A DNA stretch of 64,000 bases from Candidatus Woesearchaeota archaeon (GCA_964526265.1 CAZGIL010000001.1:8248-72247); one strand, 5' to 3'; positions 38,167-47,457 are shown, counted from the stretch's first letter. Made by a program: numbers and translations. Notes: generated by a model from the letters alone, not told the origin.

Positions 38167-38793
38167 ATGCCAGAACAACAATTCAAAAGAAACGTAGCAT
38201 TCAAATACCGAATCGGAGACTTGCTTTTAGGAAAACCTATGTTTGATGCAGATAGATTTTCTTTCCTTGAATTAGGAGATAAAAAAATTGTAAGGGTTAA
38301 TGTTATTGGGAATATTGTAGACAAATATGAAAGTGAAGGAGAGAAAAAATACATCTTCTTTACAATAGATGATGGCTCCGGACAGATAAAACTTAAATCT
38401 TTCGGAGATGATGTTCCAAGATTCAGCAAGGTACAACCCGGAGACACCGTTCTTGTTATTGGAGTTTTAAGAAATTTCAATAACGAAACTTATATTGCCC
38501 CAGAAATACTAAGGAACCAAGATCCAAAATATCTTCTTGTAAGAAAGTTAGAACTTGAAAAAGAAAGGGGAAAATCCCTTCCTCAACCACAAAAAGAACA
38601 AATGGTTGCAATAAAGGACAAAATCCTAGAAAAAATAAAATCTGCAGAGGACGAAGGAGGAATAGAAATTGATAAAATAATAATGGACCTTAGAGAAACC
38701 TCTCCGGATATAATTAATCAAGAAGTAAAGAAATTATTAGAAGAAGGAATTATATTTGAACCCCGCCCCGGAAAGTTAAGATATTTGGGATGA
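38167..38793 (+). CDS. OB-fold nucleic-acid-binding protein with C-terminal winged helix (RPA32-like architecture)
   Basis: Central beta-rich OB-like segment. C-terminal DKIIMDLRETSPDIINQEVKKLLEEGIIFEPRPGKLRYL is wH-like. Starts 2 nt after the upstream ATPase. Confidence 0.4.
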   Translation: MPEQQFKRNVAFKYRIGDLLLGKPMFDADRFSFLELGDKKIVRVNVIGNIVDKYESEGEKKYIFFTIDDGSGQIKLKSFGDDVPRFSKVQPGDTVLVIGVLRNFNNETYIAPEILRNQDPKYLLVRKLELEKERGKSLPQPQKEQMVAIKDKILEKIKSAEDEGGIEIDKIIMDLRETSPDIINQEVKKLLEEGIIFEPRPGKLRYLG

Positions 38794-38794
38794 A

Positions 38795-39163
38795 TTAAAT
38801 TTGTAAAGGTTCTCGGGGTTTTCTAAAAAAAGTAGGTTTAGTTCTATACCCTCTTCGCTCATCAATATAAAATTCGCAAGCATTAAAGGGCCAACAACCT
38901 ACAAAAGGAGGAAAATGAGAAAAGCCCAGCCACCCCCTAGTTTTATGGACATAAAATGGAACTTCCCCCAAAGCTAATCTTTCAAGCTCCTCTGGGATAA
39001 TCTTCCGTTTAGAAACTAAAACAATTATCTGCCCTAATCGCGATATTGCCCCCCCAGTAACATCGTCTCCAGAAACAGAACTTAATTCTCGGGCAGCCTT
39101 TCTTAAACACTCGATATATTCGCCCTGAATTTCTTGCACGTCATCCACAAATAGGAGATACAA
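38795..39163 (-). CDS. Hypothetical protein (122 aa)
   Basis: Clean ORF, GC-richer codons. No motif recognised. Confidence 0.3.
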   Translation of the reverse strand: MYLLFVDDVQEIQGEYIECLRKAARELSSVSGDDVTGGAISRLGQIIVLVSKRKIIPEELERLALGEVPFYVHKTRGWLGFSHFPPFVGCWPFNACEFYIDERRGYRTKPTFFRKPREPLQI

Positions 39164-39199
39164 AATCCCCTTATAAGAATTATTATACTCTACTTTCCG

Positions 39200-39730
39200 C
39201 TATTTCCTCTTAACTCTTTTATTTATCCAATAAGCCAACCATATAACCACAATTAATCCTAAAAGAGACAATCCGAATTTAAGCCAGTCCTGCGCAAACT
39301 GCCAGAAACCAACAACTCCGTAAAGGATAACACCAACTCCTCCACCCATTAGCCCCGCTCCAACCGCCTCAAGTCCAAACACAACAGCTCCAAGTGCAAT
39401 TATAATTATTCCCAAAGGAAGAGCAATCAGGAAAATATTCCTTGAATAGATTTCTCTAGAAGATTCATAATCATTGTTACATTCGTAAGTTAAATCACAA
39501 TAACCATTAGGAATACTTTCACTAGGTATTTTAGGAACAACTCTATCTGCAAACCATTTTCCACCATTATCCTCACACTGAGAAACAGTCGAAACATTAA
39601 CATTATAGTTTATATCTTTACAAAAATCTTCATACCCTGGACTTTTATAAAAAGTATTAATTCCAAAAACCACTACCGAAATAGTCAGAATAATTATTGC
39701 AATGCTGATAATCACGTCTTTAATTGCCAT
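39200..39730 (-). CDS. Membrane protein (N- and C-terminal TM helices flanking a Cys-containing extracytoplasmic domain)
   Basis: Hydrophobic helices at both ends; the central domain has four Cys. Confidence 0.3.
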   Translation of the reverse strand: MAIKDVIISIAIIILTISVVVFGINTFYKSPGYEDFCKDINYNVNVSTVSQCEDNGGKWFADRVVPKIPSESIPNGYCDLTYECNNDYESSREIYSRNIFLIALPLGIIIIALGAVVFGLEAVGAGLMGGGVGVILYGVVGFWQFAQDWLKFGLSLLGLIVVIWLAYWINKRVKRK

Positions 39731-39780
39731 ACAAAAAACAAAGGTAAAAACTTTATAAACTCTTTCCTCGGGGTTATTTT

Positions 39781-40188
39781 ATGACATACGAAGATTTACT
39801 CAATAAAGCATATCAAGAAGTAAAAGAAGTAAAAGGCTCGTGCGATAGATTCGAGATTCCAAAAGCCGAAGGAAGATTTGAAGGTAAAAAGACCATGATA
39901 ACTAACTTTACCCAGATAGCTTCCTATTTAAGAAGAACTCCAGAACACTTCCAAAAATTCCTTTTAAGAGAGCTTGCGGCTTCAGGACAAATAGAGGGAG
40001 ACAGATTAGTTCTTAACATGAAAGTCCCAAGCGCAAAGATAAATCAAAAGATAGAAGACTACGCAAAAGAATTTGTTATCTGTAGGGAGTGTGGAAAACC
40101 AGACTCAGAACTAACAAAAGAAGGAAGATTAGCGTTTATTCGTTGTTTAGCTTGTGGAGCGAAACATAGTGTTAGAAGTAAAATATAA
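39781..40188 (+). CDS. eif2b: Translation initiation factor 2 beta subunit (aIF2-beta)
   Basis: Core KT(M/V)ITNF...LxRxPEH. C-terminal C4 ribbon CRECG...CLACG. Confidence 0.85.
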   Translation: MTYEDLLNKAYQEVKEVKGSCDRFEIPKAEGRFEGKKTMITNFTQIASYLRRTPEHFQKFLLRELAASGQIEGDRLVLNMKVPSAKINQKIEDYAKEFVICRECGKPDSELTKEGRLAFIRCLACGAKHSVRSKI

Positions 40189-40268
40189 TTAAGAAGGTTT
40201 AAAAAACCCCCGAACATTACAAAAATAAGAGATTCATTCGAATTTCAATTAAATCCAAGGAGGAAAAC

Positions 40269-40463
40269 ATGGTTGAAGCTTACTGCGTAAAATGCAAGAA
40301 AAAAGGGCAAAAGATGAAAGATCCAAAGATGACTAAGACTTCCCGAGGCGGTTTTATGGCTAAAGGATGTTGCCCTGATTGCGGTTGCGGAATGTGCGCT
40401 ATGATGTCAAAGGACAAAGCGGAAGCAGCTGTAAAATCTGGCGAAGCTCAAAAGGCTTACTAG
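40269..40463 (+). CDS. Small zinc-ribbon protein (DUF5679-like N-terminus with extra Cys-rich tail)
   Basis: AYCVKCKKKGQKMKDPKMTKTSRGGFMAKGCCPDCG matches the small AYCVKCK...CPxCG ribbon family. An extra GCGMC cluster follows. Confidence 0.4.
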   Translation: MVEAYCVKCKKKGQKMKDPKMTKTSRGGFMAKGCCPDCGCGMCAMMSKDKAEAAVKSGEAQKAY

Positions 40464-40505
40464 ATAGGTTCTTTTTTATTTTTATTTTTTAGTTGAATCG
40501 TTTTA
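40464..40505. terminator. Oligo-T tract between convergent genes (candidate archaeal intrinsic terminator, both directions)
   Basis: ttcttttttatttttattttttag: three consecutive T5-7 runs immediately after the stop at 40463. Archaeal RNAP terminates at oligo-T. Confidence 0.3.
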
Positions 40506-40517
40506 AATACAAAAAAC

Positions 40518-41402
40518 TTATCTAAATACTTTTCCAGGTAACCTTATACTCTTTGCCTTTTTCATTCCTTTTTGTAAATCTTCCGGGGCATATAATAACT
40601 TATTTTCAGAAGACATTCCCGAGAAAAAGAAAGCTCTTTTAGCCCCCATATAAACATGTGTGCTTGGAGAATTTAGCAACCTCGCAATCATCTCTCTTCC
40701 CTGCGTCTTATCGGATTTAAACAAAGCTTGTAAAGCATAATCTAAACAAACATAACCCCAACCAAGCAAATCCTCTTTCTTTTTATCTCCACATCCAAAA
40801 TATCCAATTGCTTCATAAGCCTCCAATTCAGAAACTAAATTTTCACAGGCGTCTCTTAATCGAAAACCTATCCCCCGACCACCAATACGAGATAAAGAAT
40901 CTGCAATTCTCGCTCTAATCCACATATCTTTTTCATCAAATAATCTTTCCAACAATCTTCCAGAGACAAATTCCGCTTCCTTTCCCATGTCCCCCAAAGA
41001 ATCTACCGCCTGAGAACGCATTTCTGTATTAACATCATGCGTAGCTACTTCTAATAGTTCGGGTATGGAGGGAGAATAATTTATCATTCCAAGCAACATT
41101 GCATCATAAATTCTTCCCCCCGGACAAAAACCCCCGTAACGTGTTTTTATTAAATCCTTTTTCAAAGGGAGACTTTCATCTAAAAGAGTTTTTCTTAAGA
41201 GAGGAGCTTGCTCCCTTGCATGAAAATCATCGAACATTAAATTAATTGAACGATAAATATCGTCATAACTGGGTTTAATTGGAATAAAAAGCCCCCTAAA
41301 ATTTCTCTCAAAAGATACTCCAAATCGAAAGAACTCATCAAGTTCTGTTATGTTAGAAAGGGTATTCAGGGCAGAAACTTCTTCTAATCTCATAAAAGAC
41401 AA
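40518..41402 (-). CDS. HEAT/PBS-lyase-type repeat protein
   Basis: Repeated motifs RSQAVDSLGDMG, RARIADSLSRIGG and ARLLNSPSTHV. Locally GC-richer. Confidence 0.5.
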   Translation of the reverse strand: MSFMRLEEVSALNTLSNITELDEFFRFGVSFERNFRGLFIPIKPSYDDIYRSINLMFDDFHAREQAPLLRKTLLDESLPLKKDLIKTRYGGFCPGGRIYDAMLLGMINYSPSIPELLEVATHDVNTEMRSQAVDSLGDMGKEAEFVSGRLLERLFDEKDMWIRARIADSLSRIGGRGIGFRLRDACENLVSELEAYEAIGYFGCGDKKKEDLLGWGYVCLDYALQALFKSDKTQGREMIARLLNSPSTHVYMGAKRAFFFSGMSSENKLLYAPEDLQKGMKKAKSIRLPGKVFR

Positions 41403-41445
41403 TTTTAATAAGAATATTTAAATATTCATATACTCAACTAAAATT

Positions 41446-41742
41446 ATGTTTATAAAGATAATAAAATCCTGCAGAGATGTTGTCGCTGCTTGTGATAAAA
41501 AACTTCTCGGAAAAATCTTTGAGGAAGGCAACTTCCAGCTTAATCTAAAGGAATCCTTTTACAAGGGAGAGGAAGTAGATGAAGAAAAAGCAATAAAGAT
41601 ACTGCAAGATATGATTCGAGAAGATGCAACATTCAATCTCGCGGGGGAAAAAACAATAAACGCTGCGCTCAAAGCAGGAATAATAACTGAAGAAAACATA
41701 GGAAAGATTGCGGGCATTCCTTACTCATTAATTCTACTGTGA
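41446..41742 (+). CDS. DUF424-like small archaeal protein
   Basis: VVAACDKKLLGKIFEEGNFQL resembles the conserved DUF424 N-terminus. Confidence 0.45.
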   Translation: MFIKIIKSCRDVVAACDKKLLGKIFEEGNFQLNLKESFYKGEEVDEEKAIKILQDMIREDATFNLAGEKTINAALKAGIITEENIGKIAGIPYSLILL

Positions 41743-41775
41743 TAGTTTTATAAAACCCCGCCCATTTAATTTTTT

Positions 41776-42135
41776 ATGGTTATATATAAAGACCACAACA
41801 AGAAAAACTCAAGAAATAAACCCAGAGCAAATGAAATCCCAGAACAAGTTACGAGAGTAAGACTTCCAAGAGGAAGGGAAGTAATCGGAATTATAGAACA
41901 AAGATACGGAGGAAACAAAATGCTTGTAAGCTGTCTGGATGGAAAAGAAAGAAACTGCAGAGTTCCTGGAAGATTAAAGAGGGGTTTATGGCTCCGTCCG
42001 GGAGATGTAGTAATTGTAGAGCCTTGGGAGCTAGATGCAGAAAAGAAAGCAGACGTTTTATTCAAATATCGTCCAAATCAGGTGGAGTGGTTAAAAAGAA
42101 ACGGCTATCTAAAAAGAGATAAAGAAGAATTCTAA
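41776..42135 (+). CDS. eif1a: Translation initiation factor 1A (aIF1A)
   Basis: S1/OB core MLVSCLDGKERNCRVPGRLKRGLWLRPGDVVIVEPW...KADVLFKY matches the eIF1A signature. Confidence 0.85.
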   Translation: MVIYKDHNKKNSRNKPRANEIPEQVTRVRLPRGREVIGIIEQRYGGNKMLVSCLDGKERNCRVPGRLKRGLWLRPGDVVIVEPWELDAEKKADVLFKYRPNQVEWLKRNGYLKRDKEEF

Positions 42136-42136
42136 A

Positions 42137-42658
42137 ATGAAAACCCTTATTGCAGACAAACCAGTAAGAATCTTAAAAGCAAAGAAACAACTTGAAAAGA
42201 AGTTAAACCTTAAAATAGGAATTGAGGGAAATAAAGTTACAATTGACGGAAAACCAGAAGATGAATACCTTGGAGAAAAAGTTTTAGAAGCTTTTGATTT
42301 TGGATTCCCTTTTTCTGACGCGATACGAATCTCAGAGGAATTAAATATTTTTGAAGTGATAAACATAAAAGAACACACCCACAGGAAAGACTTAAAAGTG
42401 ATAAGAGCGAGAATTATCGGAAGAGGGGGGAAAACTCTTAAAGTTATGAGGGATTTAACAGATTGCGCTTTCGAGATAAAAGATAATGAAGTAGGAATTA
42501 TTGGAAAAGCGGAAAATATGCCCAATGGAAAAAGCGCAGTTTTGAGTGTAATTCGAGGAGCAAAACAAGCTGACGTTTATAGTTACCTAGAAAAACACAG
42601 GATTGCTCCAGTAGACGATTGGGGATTAAAGGACGAAAAAGATAAAGAGAACCTTTAA
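42137..42658 (+). CDS. Two-KH-domain RNA-binding protein (aDim2/Pno1-like)
   Basis: GxxG loop IIGRGGKTLKVM in the second KH. ~175 aa. Immediately follows aIF1A. Confidence 0.6.
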   Translation: MKTLIADKPVRILKAKKQLEKKLNLKIGIEGNKVTIDGKPEDEYLGEKVLEAFDFGFPFSDAIRISEELNIFEVINIKEHTHRKDLKVIRARIIGRGGKTLKVMRDLTDCAFEIKDNEVGIIGKAENMPNGKSAVLSVIRGAKQADVYSYLEKHRIAPVDDWGLKDEKDKENL

Positions 42659-42684
42659 AAATAATCTAAGTTTCTCATTTTTAA

Positions 42685-42827
42685 GTCCCGGTAGCTCAGA
42701 CTTTTCCGATCCTTAAAAAGTGAGGAAGGGAGCAATTGGTAGAGCACATGACTGTTAAAAGTTATATTCTACTATGGTAGGCCTTTGAGAAATCATGGGG
42801 TCAGAGGTTCGAGTCCTCTCCGGGACG
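42685..42827 (+). tRNA. tRNA-Asn (anticodon GTT) with two introns: ~34 nt in the D-loop (non-canonical) and ~34 nt at the canonical 37/38 position
   Basis: Acceptor GTCCCGG/CCGGGAC is perfect. D-stem GCTC/GAGC split by AGAC-[insert]-TGGTA. Anticodon stem CATGA/TCATG with loop CTGTTA|insert|A. T-arm AGAGG-TTCGAGT-CCTCT. Discriminator G. Confidence 0.65.
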
Positions 42828-42909
42828 TAATCTTTTTACAGTGTTTTGAATATCAAAGATTATTCTATACTACATATAAAATTAAAAACCTTGTAAAATA
42901 AGTATAATT

Positions 42910-43329
42910 ATGTTAACTCATGATTTAAAACGTGAAGCAGATGCTTGGTGTGGAGCAATGGTTTCTAGTAGAATTGCTGGTGCTCTTGAAAGATTAGAAG
43001 AAGGAAGAACATCATTAGAAGGTGACAAAGAATTATTGTCACAAGGTTTAGAAATTATAACGTCAATAATAGACCATCATACAAGTTTATTTGGAGGCAA
43101 ATTTGTCTTTACCCCAATAATAAAAATGGACGCACTCCGCGAAGTAATAGGCATAACTGAAGATACCCCAAGAAAATTAGGAAATTATAACGCATGTATT
43201 AGATATGCATTAAGAAGAGAAGTTCATCCTGAAATAACAAGAACTAAAGAATTTTTTGACAAGTACAGCACATTTTGTTCGTCCAGATTATCACATTCTC
43301 ATGGAGAACATTTAGTAGACGCTGCATAA
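42910..43329 (+). CDS. Hypothetical protein (139 aa) with divergent codon usage
   Basis: Clean ORF directly downstream of tRNA-Asn. Synonymous codon choices differ visibly from neighbours. No motif recognised. Confidence 0.3.
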   Translation: MLTHDLKREADAWCGAMVSSRIAGALERLEEGRTSLEGDKELLSQGLEIITSIIDHHTSLFGGKFVFTPIIKMDALREVIGITEDTPRKLGNYNACIRYALRREVHPEITRTKEFFDKYSTFCSSRLSHSHGEHLVDAA

Positions 43330-43376
43330 GGACAGTATTTCAAAAGATTTTTATACCAATACTACCTGACTAATTT

Positions 43377-43934
43377 ATGGATTTAGATAAAGCAATCCAG
43401 TCAAGAAAGAGTGTTAGGAAATTCACAAGCAGAGTTCCAGACTGGAAAAAGATAGTAGAATGTATTGATGCTGCCAGATACGCTCCTTGTGCAGGAAATA
43501 ACTTCACAACAAAATTTATTCTAGTTGACGATAAAGAAATAATTGAAAGTCTTGCAGGATGCTGCCAACAGGATTTCATCGCACAAGCGCATTACGTTGT
43601 TGTGGTTTGTTCAGATACTGCAAGAACAATGAATGCTTACGGAAAGGAAAGAGGAGAAAGATACTGTAGACAGCAAGCAGGGGCAGCAATTGAAAACTTC
43701 CTCCTTAAAATACAAGAAAAAGGACTTTCAACTTGCTGGGTTGGACACTTTCCGGATGAAATGGCAAAAAGAGAACTAAAAATTCCAGAAGAGGTAATGA
43801 TTGAAGCAATCTTTCCCGTTGGATATGAATTTGGAAAACAGAAAGAAAGGAAAAAAGCAAGTATGGATTCAATAATCTTCTTTAACAAATATAAGAATAA
43901 AAAGATGGGTAAAAAAGAAAGTATTAATGCCTAA
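43377..43934 (+). CDS. Nitroreductase-family flavoprotein
   Basis: QSRKSVRKF, then APCAGNNFTTKFILV, the nitroreductase N-terminal signature. Confidence 0.8.
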   Translation: MDLDKAIQSRKSVRKFTSRVPDWKKIVECIDAARYAPCAGNNFTTKFILVDDKEIIESLAGCCQQDFIAQAHYVVVVCSDTARTMNAYGKERGERYCRQQAGAAIENFLLKIQEKGLSTCWVGHFPDEMAKRELKIPEEVMIEAIFPVGYEFGKQKERKKASMDSIIFFNKYKNKKMGKKESINA

Positions 43935-43937
43935 AAG

Positions 43938-44150
43938 ATGTGCATCGATACAACCCCTTTAATAATTAAAATATCTCAATCAATTATTGTCCCATTAATA
44001 GTCCTAATAATTTTTGTAATAAAGGGATTCATAAAAAAAGATTTTAAAAGAAACTTAAAGACATGGACGATAATAATAACTATTACCCTTCTGGTTTCAG
44101 TCTATGTGAGGATTATTTGGTATCCTTCTGCATTTTTTAATTGCGTATAA
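43938..44150 (+). CDS. Small two-TM membrane protein (hypothetical)
   Basis: 70 aa, two hydrophobic helices. Confidence 0.25.
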   Translation: MCIDTTPLIIKISQSIIVPLIVLIIFVIKGFIKKDFKRNLKTWTIIITITLLVSVYVRIIWYPSAFFNCV

Positions 44151-44193
44151 AAAAATAAGAACCGGGGGTTTCCCCCCCAGTCTTTTTAAAAAA

Positions 44194-45270
44194 TTAAAAT
44201 ACATCTATTCCCAAGTCAGACATCTGTCTTGTAGCAACGAAATTGTCTTGTTCTATCTCCTTTCCCAAAACGTAAGGGGATTTAACTCCAGTCATAATTG
44301 TAATGACCCTAACTCTTCCAACAAAATCCTTGCTAATTCTAGCTCCAATAATAACCTGAGCATCATTGCTCAAATTTTCTGAAACCAGCTTTCCGATACT
44401 GTCAAACTCTTCAAGCTTCAAATCCGGACCACAGGTTATGTGTATCAAAGCTCCAGTAGCACCCTGATAATCCACGTCAAGTAGAGGATGTGTCAGCGCC
44501 TGCTTTACAGCTTCAGTCACACGGTCTGTAGCGTTAGATTCACCGATACCAATAACCGCAACACCACCGTTCTTCATTATCGCAGAAACATCTGCATAGT
44601 CCAAGTTAATTAAACTTGGAAGAGTAATTGTTTCTACAATACCCTTAACCATGGTACTTACTAGTTCATTAGCAACAGCAAAAGCTTGTTCTATTGGCAA
44701 CTGCCCAGCAATATCAACCAATCTTCCGTTATCAAGAACGATGCAAGTATCAGTTACCTCTCTTAGCTCCTGTAAACCAAATTCTGCCTTATCGATTCTT
44801 GCTTTCTCTGCCTCAAACGGCATAGTAACAACGCCAATAACAACAGCACCAGTTTCCTTAGCTAGTCTAGCAACTTCTGGAGCGGCTCCAGTTCCTGTTC
44901 CACCACCCATTCCGGCGATGACAAAAACCATATCCGCACCACTAACTGCCTTCTTGATTTCCGAAATTGCTTCCTTTGCAGCTTCTTTACCTCTATTAGG
45001 CATTCCACCACAACCTAACCCTCTGGTTAGTTCCTTTCCAATAAGGATTTTCTCGTCAGCTTTAGTAACACTCAGGTGTAAAGCATCCGTGTTAGCACCA
45101 TAAACTGTCGCTCCATTAACTCCTTTATTGAAAAGCCAGGTTACCATATTGCATCCGCATCCCCCACAACCAAAAACCTTAATATTAGCCTTTCCCGCTC
45201 TCAACTCATCAAAGTTTATACTATGAGTTCCTGCGTTGTCAATCGCCTCCTTTGCAAAATCTAAAACCAT
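44194..45270 (-). CDS. ftsZ: Cell division GTPase FtsZ
   Basis: Tubulin signature GGGTGTGAAP. IKVFGCGGCGCN (G-box). The track ORF runs to 45369, but the FtsZ-like sequence begins at MVLDFAKEAI (ATG at 45270), which has a GGAGGT upstream. Confidence 0.85.
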   Translation of the reverse strand: MVLDFAKEAIDNAGTHSINFDELRAGKANIKVFGCGGCGCNMVTWLFNKGVNGATVYGANTDALHLSVTKADEKILIGKELTRGLGCGGMPNRGKEAAKEAISEIKKAVSGADMVFVIAGMGGGTGTGAAPEVARLAKETGAVVIGVVTMPFEAEKARIDKAEFGLQELREVTDTCIVLDNGRLVDIAGQLPIEQAFAVANELVSTMVKGIVETITLPSLINLDYADVSAIMKNGGVAVIGIGESNATDRVTEAVKQALTHPLLDVDYQGATGALIHITCGPDLKLEEFDSIGKLVSENLSNDAQVIIGARISKDFVGRVRVITIMTGVKSPYVLGKEIEQDNFVATRQMSDLGIDVF

Positions 45271-45520
45271 ATATGTTTTTTTCAACCTCCTTTCAGTTAT
45301 ATTATCCTTCGCTATGCGAAAGCCCCTATTTTGGACAGCGAAATGTTTAAATAGTTCGCACACTTCCAACTATTAATCAGAAAAAAAGAGTATCACCTCT
45401 TTACATTAATATCAGTTTGCGCCAACAAATTAATATTATGAAAAAACCAGTAGATAGTTCTTTAAAAAGATTATGTTAATCAAGAGGTTAGTATTTTTCT
45501 AAAAATTTAAAAGGGCTAAA

Positions 45521-46186
45521 TTGTATTTTATACCAATTACAATGAAAAAACCAATAATTGCAACAACCCTCTCCGGATTATTTGTTAAACATGCTCCATG
45601 GGACAGAGCACATCAACTTTGGTATAAACGGGCTTCAAGAATTTTAAGAGATTCCTCACTTATTAAAAGAGGGAAGAGAAAAGAAGGATATTTTACCTCA
45701 GTGGACGAAATTATGAAAAGAATTTATCCCGAACTTTCTGAAAAAGAAAGAACAAAAATAGCAAGGGAGATGTATTTTGATATTGTTTTAAAATATATCA
45801 AACATCGCCCGCATGTAAAGAATGAAAGAGTAATAAAATACTTCAAATCCCTAAAATCAAAATATAAAATTGCACTTATAACAACGAACACCCCCGAAGC
45901 AGCAAGAAAAATCCTTCATATTGCGCATCTCGACAAGCTCTTCGATTTGGTTGAAACCTCCCCTCCTTCAGAAAAGGATGATAAGAGAAAAGTATTTGAT
46001 AGGTTTATAGCAAAGCACGGAAAACCAATTTTATATATGGGGGGCAATAGAAAAGATAGCTTTGAATATTGCAGAGAGCACGGCATAAGAGGAATCTTTG
46101 CAAACTTTGAGAATAGTAAAGCAATTTTAGGTGCAAAATCCGTTAGAAATTTGAATGAGCTAAAAGAAATTATACATAAATTATAA
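45521..46186 (+). CDS. HAD-like hydrolase fold protein with degenerate motif I (possibly non-catalytic)
   Basis: HAD motif II KIALITTN, motif III K...P, motif IV GGNRKD. The expected DxDGTL is replaced by ATTLSGLF. Confidence 0.45.
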   Translation: MYFIPITMKKPIIATTLSGLFVKHAPWDRAHQLWYKRASRILRDSSLIKRGKRKEGYFTSVDEIMKRIYPELSEKERTKIAREMYFDIVLKYIKHRPHVKNERVIKYFKSLKSKYKIALITTNTPEAARKILHIAHLDKLFDLVETSPPSEKDDKRKVFDRFIAKHGKPILYMGGNRKDSFEYCREHGIRGIFANFENSKAILGAKSVRNLNELKEIIHKL

Positions 46187-46193
46187 TCCTACT

Positions 46194-46769
46194 TTACAAA
46201 GATTCTTCTAATCTTTTTATCTTTTTCCAACCCTTTCTCAGCTTTTCGTTTGTCTGTTTAACAATTTCTTTTAAAAAATCATTCTCAACTAAAATTTTCC
46301 CACTTGTGCCCTTTAAGGTATTTCTAATTAAAGGAAATTCAAGTTTTTCGGTTGAATTTATTTCAAGGACAATATTTTTACCAAATGAAACAATTCCACT
46401 CCTCTTAAATCCAGAAAGCTTAGCTTTTTCATTAAGTTCATTTGCATCTTTCAAACTTCTACAAGCAACATGAATAATTAAAGGAACTAATTTAAAATTT
46501 ATCTCTTCCTTAATATTAAGTTTTTCAATTTCTTTTTTTAAAATTTCAAAAGTTATCAAATCATGGCTAACAAACCTAAACAAACCCTCTTCCTTTTTAT
46601 CCTGATCTACAATAAGAATTGCCCTTCCCGAACACGACGACGTTGTATAATAATTATCGGAAGCATTCAGCTTATCACATAACCCCAAAATCTTTTTATC
46701 CCAACTCTTCTTGGAGGATTTATCAACTTTAGAAAGAACATCTTTTTTTCTCTGATTAAATGAATTCAT
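46194..46769 (-). CDS. taw3: tRNA wybutosine-synthesizing protein 3 homologue (TYW3/Taw3)
   Basis: Hallmark SSCSGR motif (YYTTSSCSGRAILIV). ~190 aa. Confidence 0.6.
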   Translation of the reverse strand: MNSFNQRKKDVLSKVDKSSKKSWDKKILGLCDKLNASDNYYTTSSCSGRAILIVDQDKKEEGLFRFVSHDLITFEILKKEIEKLNIKEEINFKLVPLIIHVACRSLKDANELNEKAKLSGFKRSGIVSFGKNIVLEINSTEKLEFPLIRNTLKGTSGKILVENDFLKEIVKQTNEKLRKGWKKIKRLEESL

Positions 46770-46770
46770 T

Positions 46771-47433
46771 TTATTCCTTTTCCAAAATTTCTGCCTTCAA
46801 CCCCTTTTCTAAACACAAAGCGACAAACTCTTTCGCATCCTCTTCCGTTCCCATAACACTCCCGTAATGCATAGGAATAACAAGTGAAGGCTTTATTATT
46901 GATGCCGCTTCGGAAGCCTCTTCCGGACTCATCGTAAATCTCCCTCCAACAGGAAGAAGAGCGATAAATTCCTTATCCGGTTGTTTATATCCAGTAAGCT
47001 TTTGCATTTCTGGAATAGCATCCGTATCTCCCGCATGATAAACTAAAACATCATTCATCTTTATTATATATCCAACCCATCCTTCTTCTCTTGGATGAAA
47101 TGGTTTGTCTATATTATAGGCGGGAATGGTTGAAATTTTAACACTCCCAAAATCAAGTTCTTGTCCGGGTTCAACAATTTCCATTTTAACAGGAACTTGA
47201 AAACGAGTAATCTTACTCTGGCAATCTGCCGTAGAAACAACTATCGTTCCCTCCTGCACTATCTTATTCATATCCACAAGGCTACAATGATCATAATGAC
47301 TGTGAGTAATAAGAATAATATCCGCCTTTTCCATACCCTCCTTAAGATTGTAAGGATCAATGTAGATAATCTTAGAATTTTTAATCATAAACCCTGCATG
47401 CCCCAACCACTTGATGTTAATATCTCCCTTCAT
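46771..47433 (-). CDS. Metallo-beta-lactamase-fold hydrolase
   Basis: HxHxDH motif ILITHSHYDHC, plus downstream H and D ligands. Confidence 0.75.
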   Translation of the reverse strand: MKGDINIKWLGHAGFMIKNSKIIYIDPYNLKEGMEKADIILITHSHYDHCSLVDMNKIVQEGTIVVSTADCQSKITRFQVPVKMEIVEPGQELDFGSVKISTIPAYNIDKPFHPREEGWVGYIIKMNDVLVYHAGDTDAIPEMQKLTGYKQPDKEFIALLPVGGRFTMSPEEASEAASIIKPSLVIPMHYGSVMGTEEDAKEFVALCLEKGLKAEILEKE

Positions 47434-47457
47434 AAAGAGACAAAAATCGGACAGTTT

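Noticed and set aside
44651-45103. 150-aa ORF antisense to ftsZ
   Set aside because: Ala/Ser/Pro-rich mirror of the Gly/Ala-rich FtsZ core.
45271-45369. 33-codon N-terminal extension of ftsZ in the ORF track
   Set aside because: The extension (MEVCELFKHFAVQNRGF...) has no FtsZ similarity. A GGAGGT lies upstream of the internal ATG at 45270, where FtsZ-like sequence begins.
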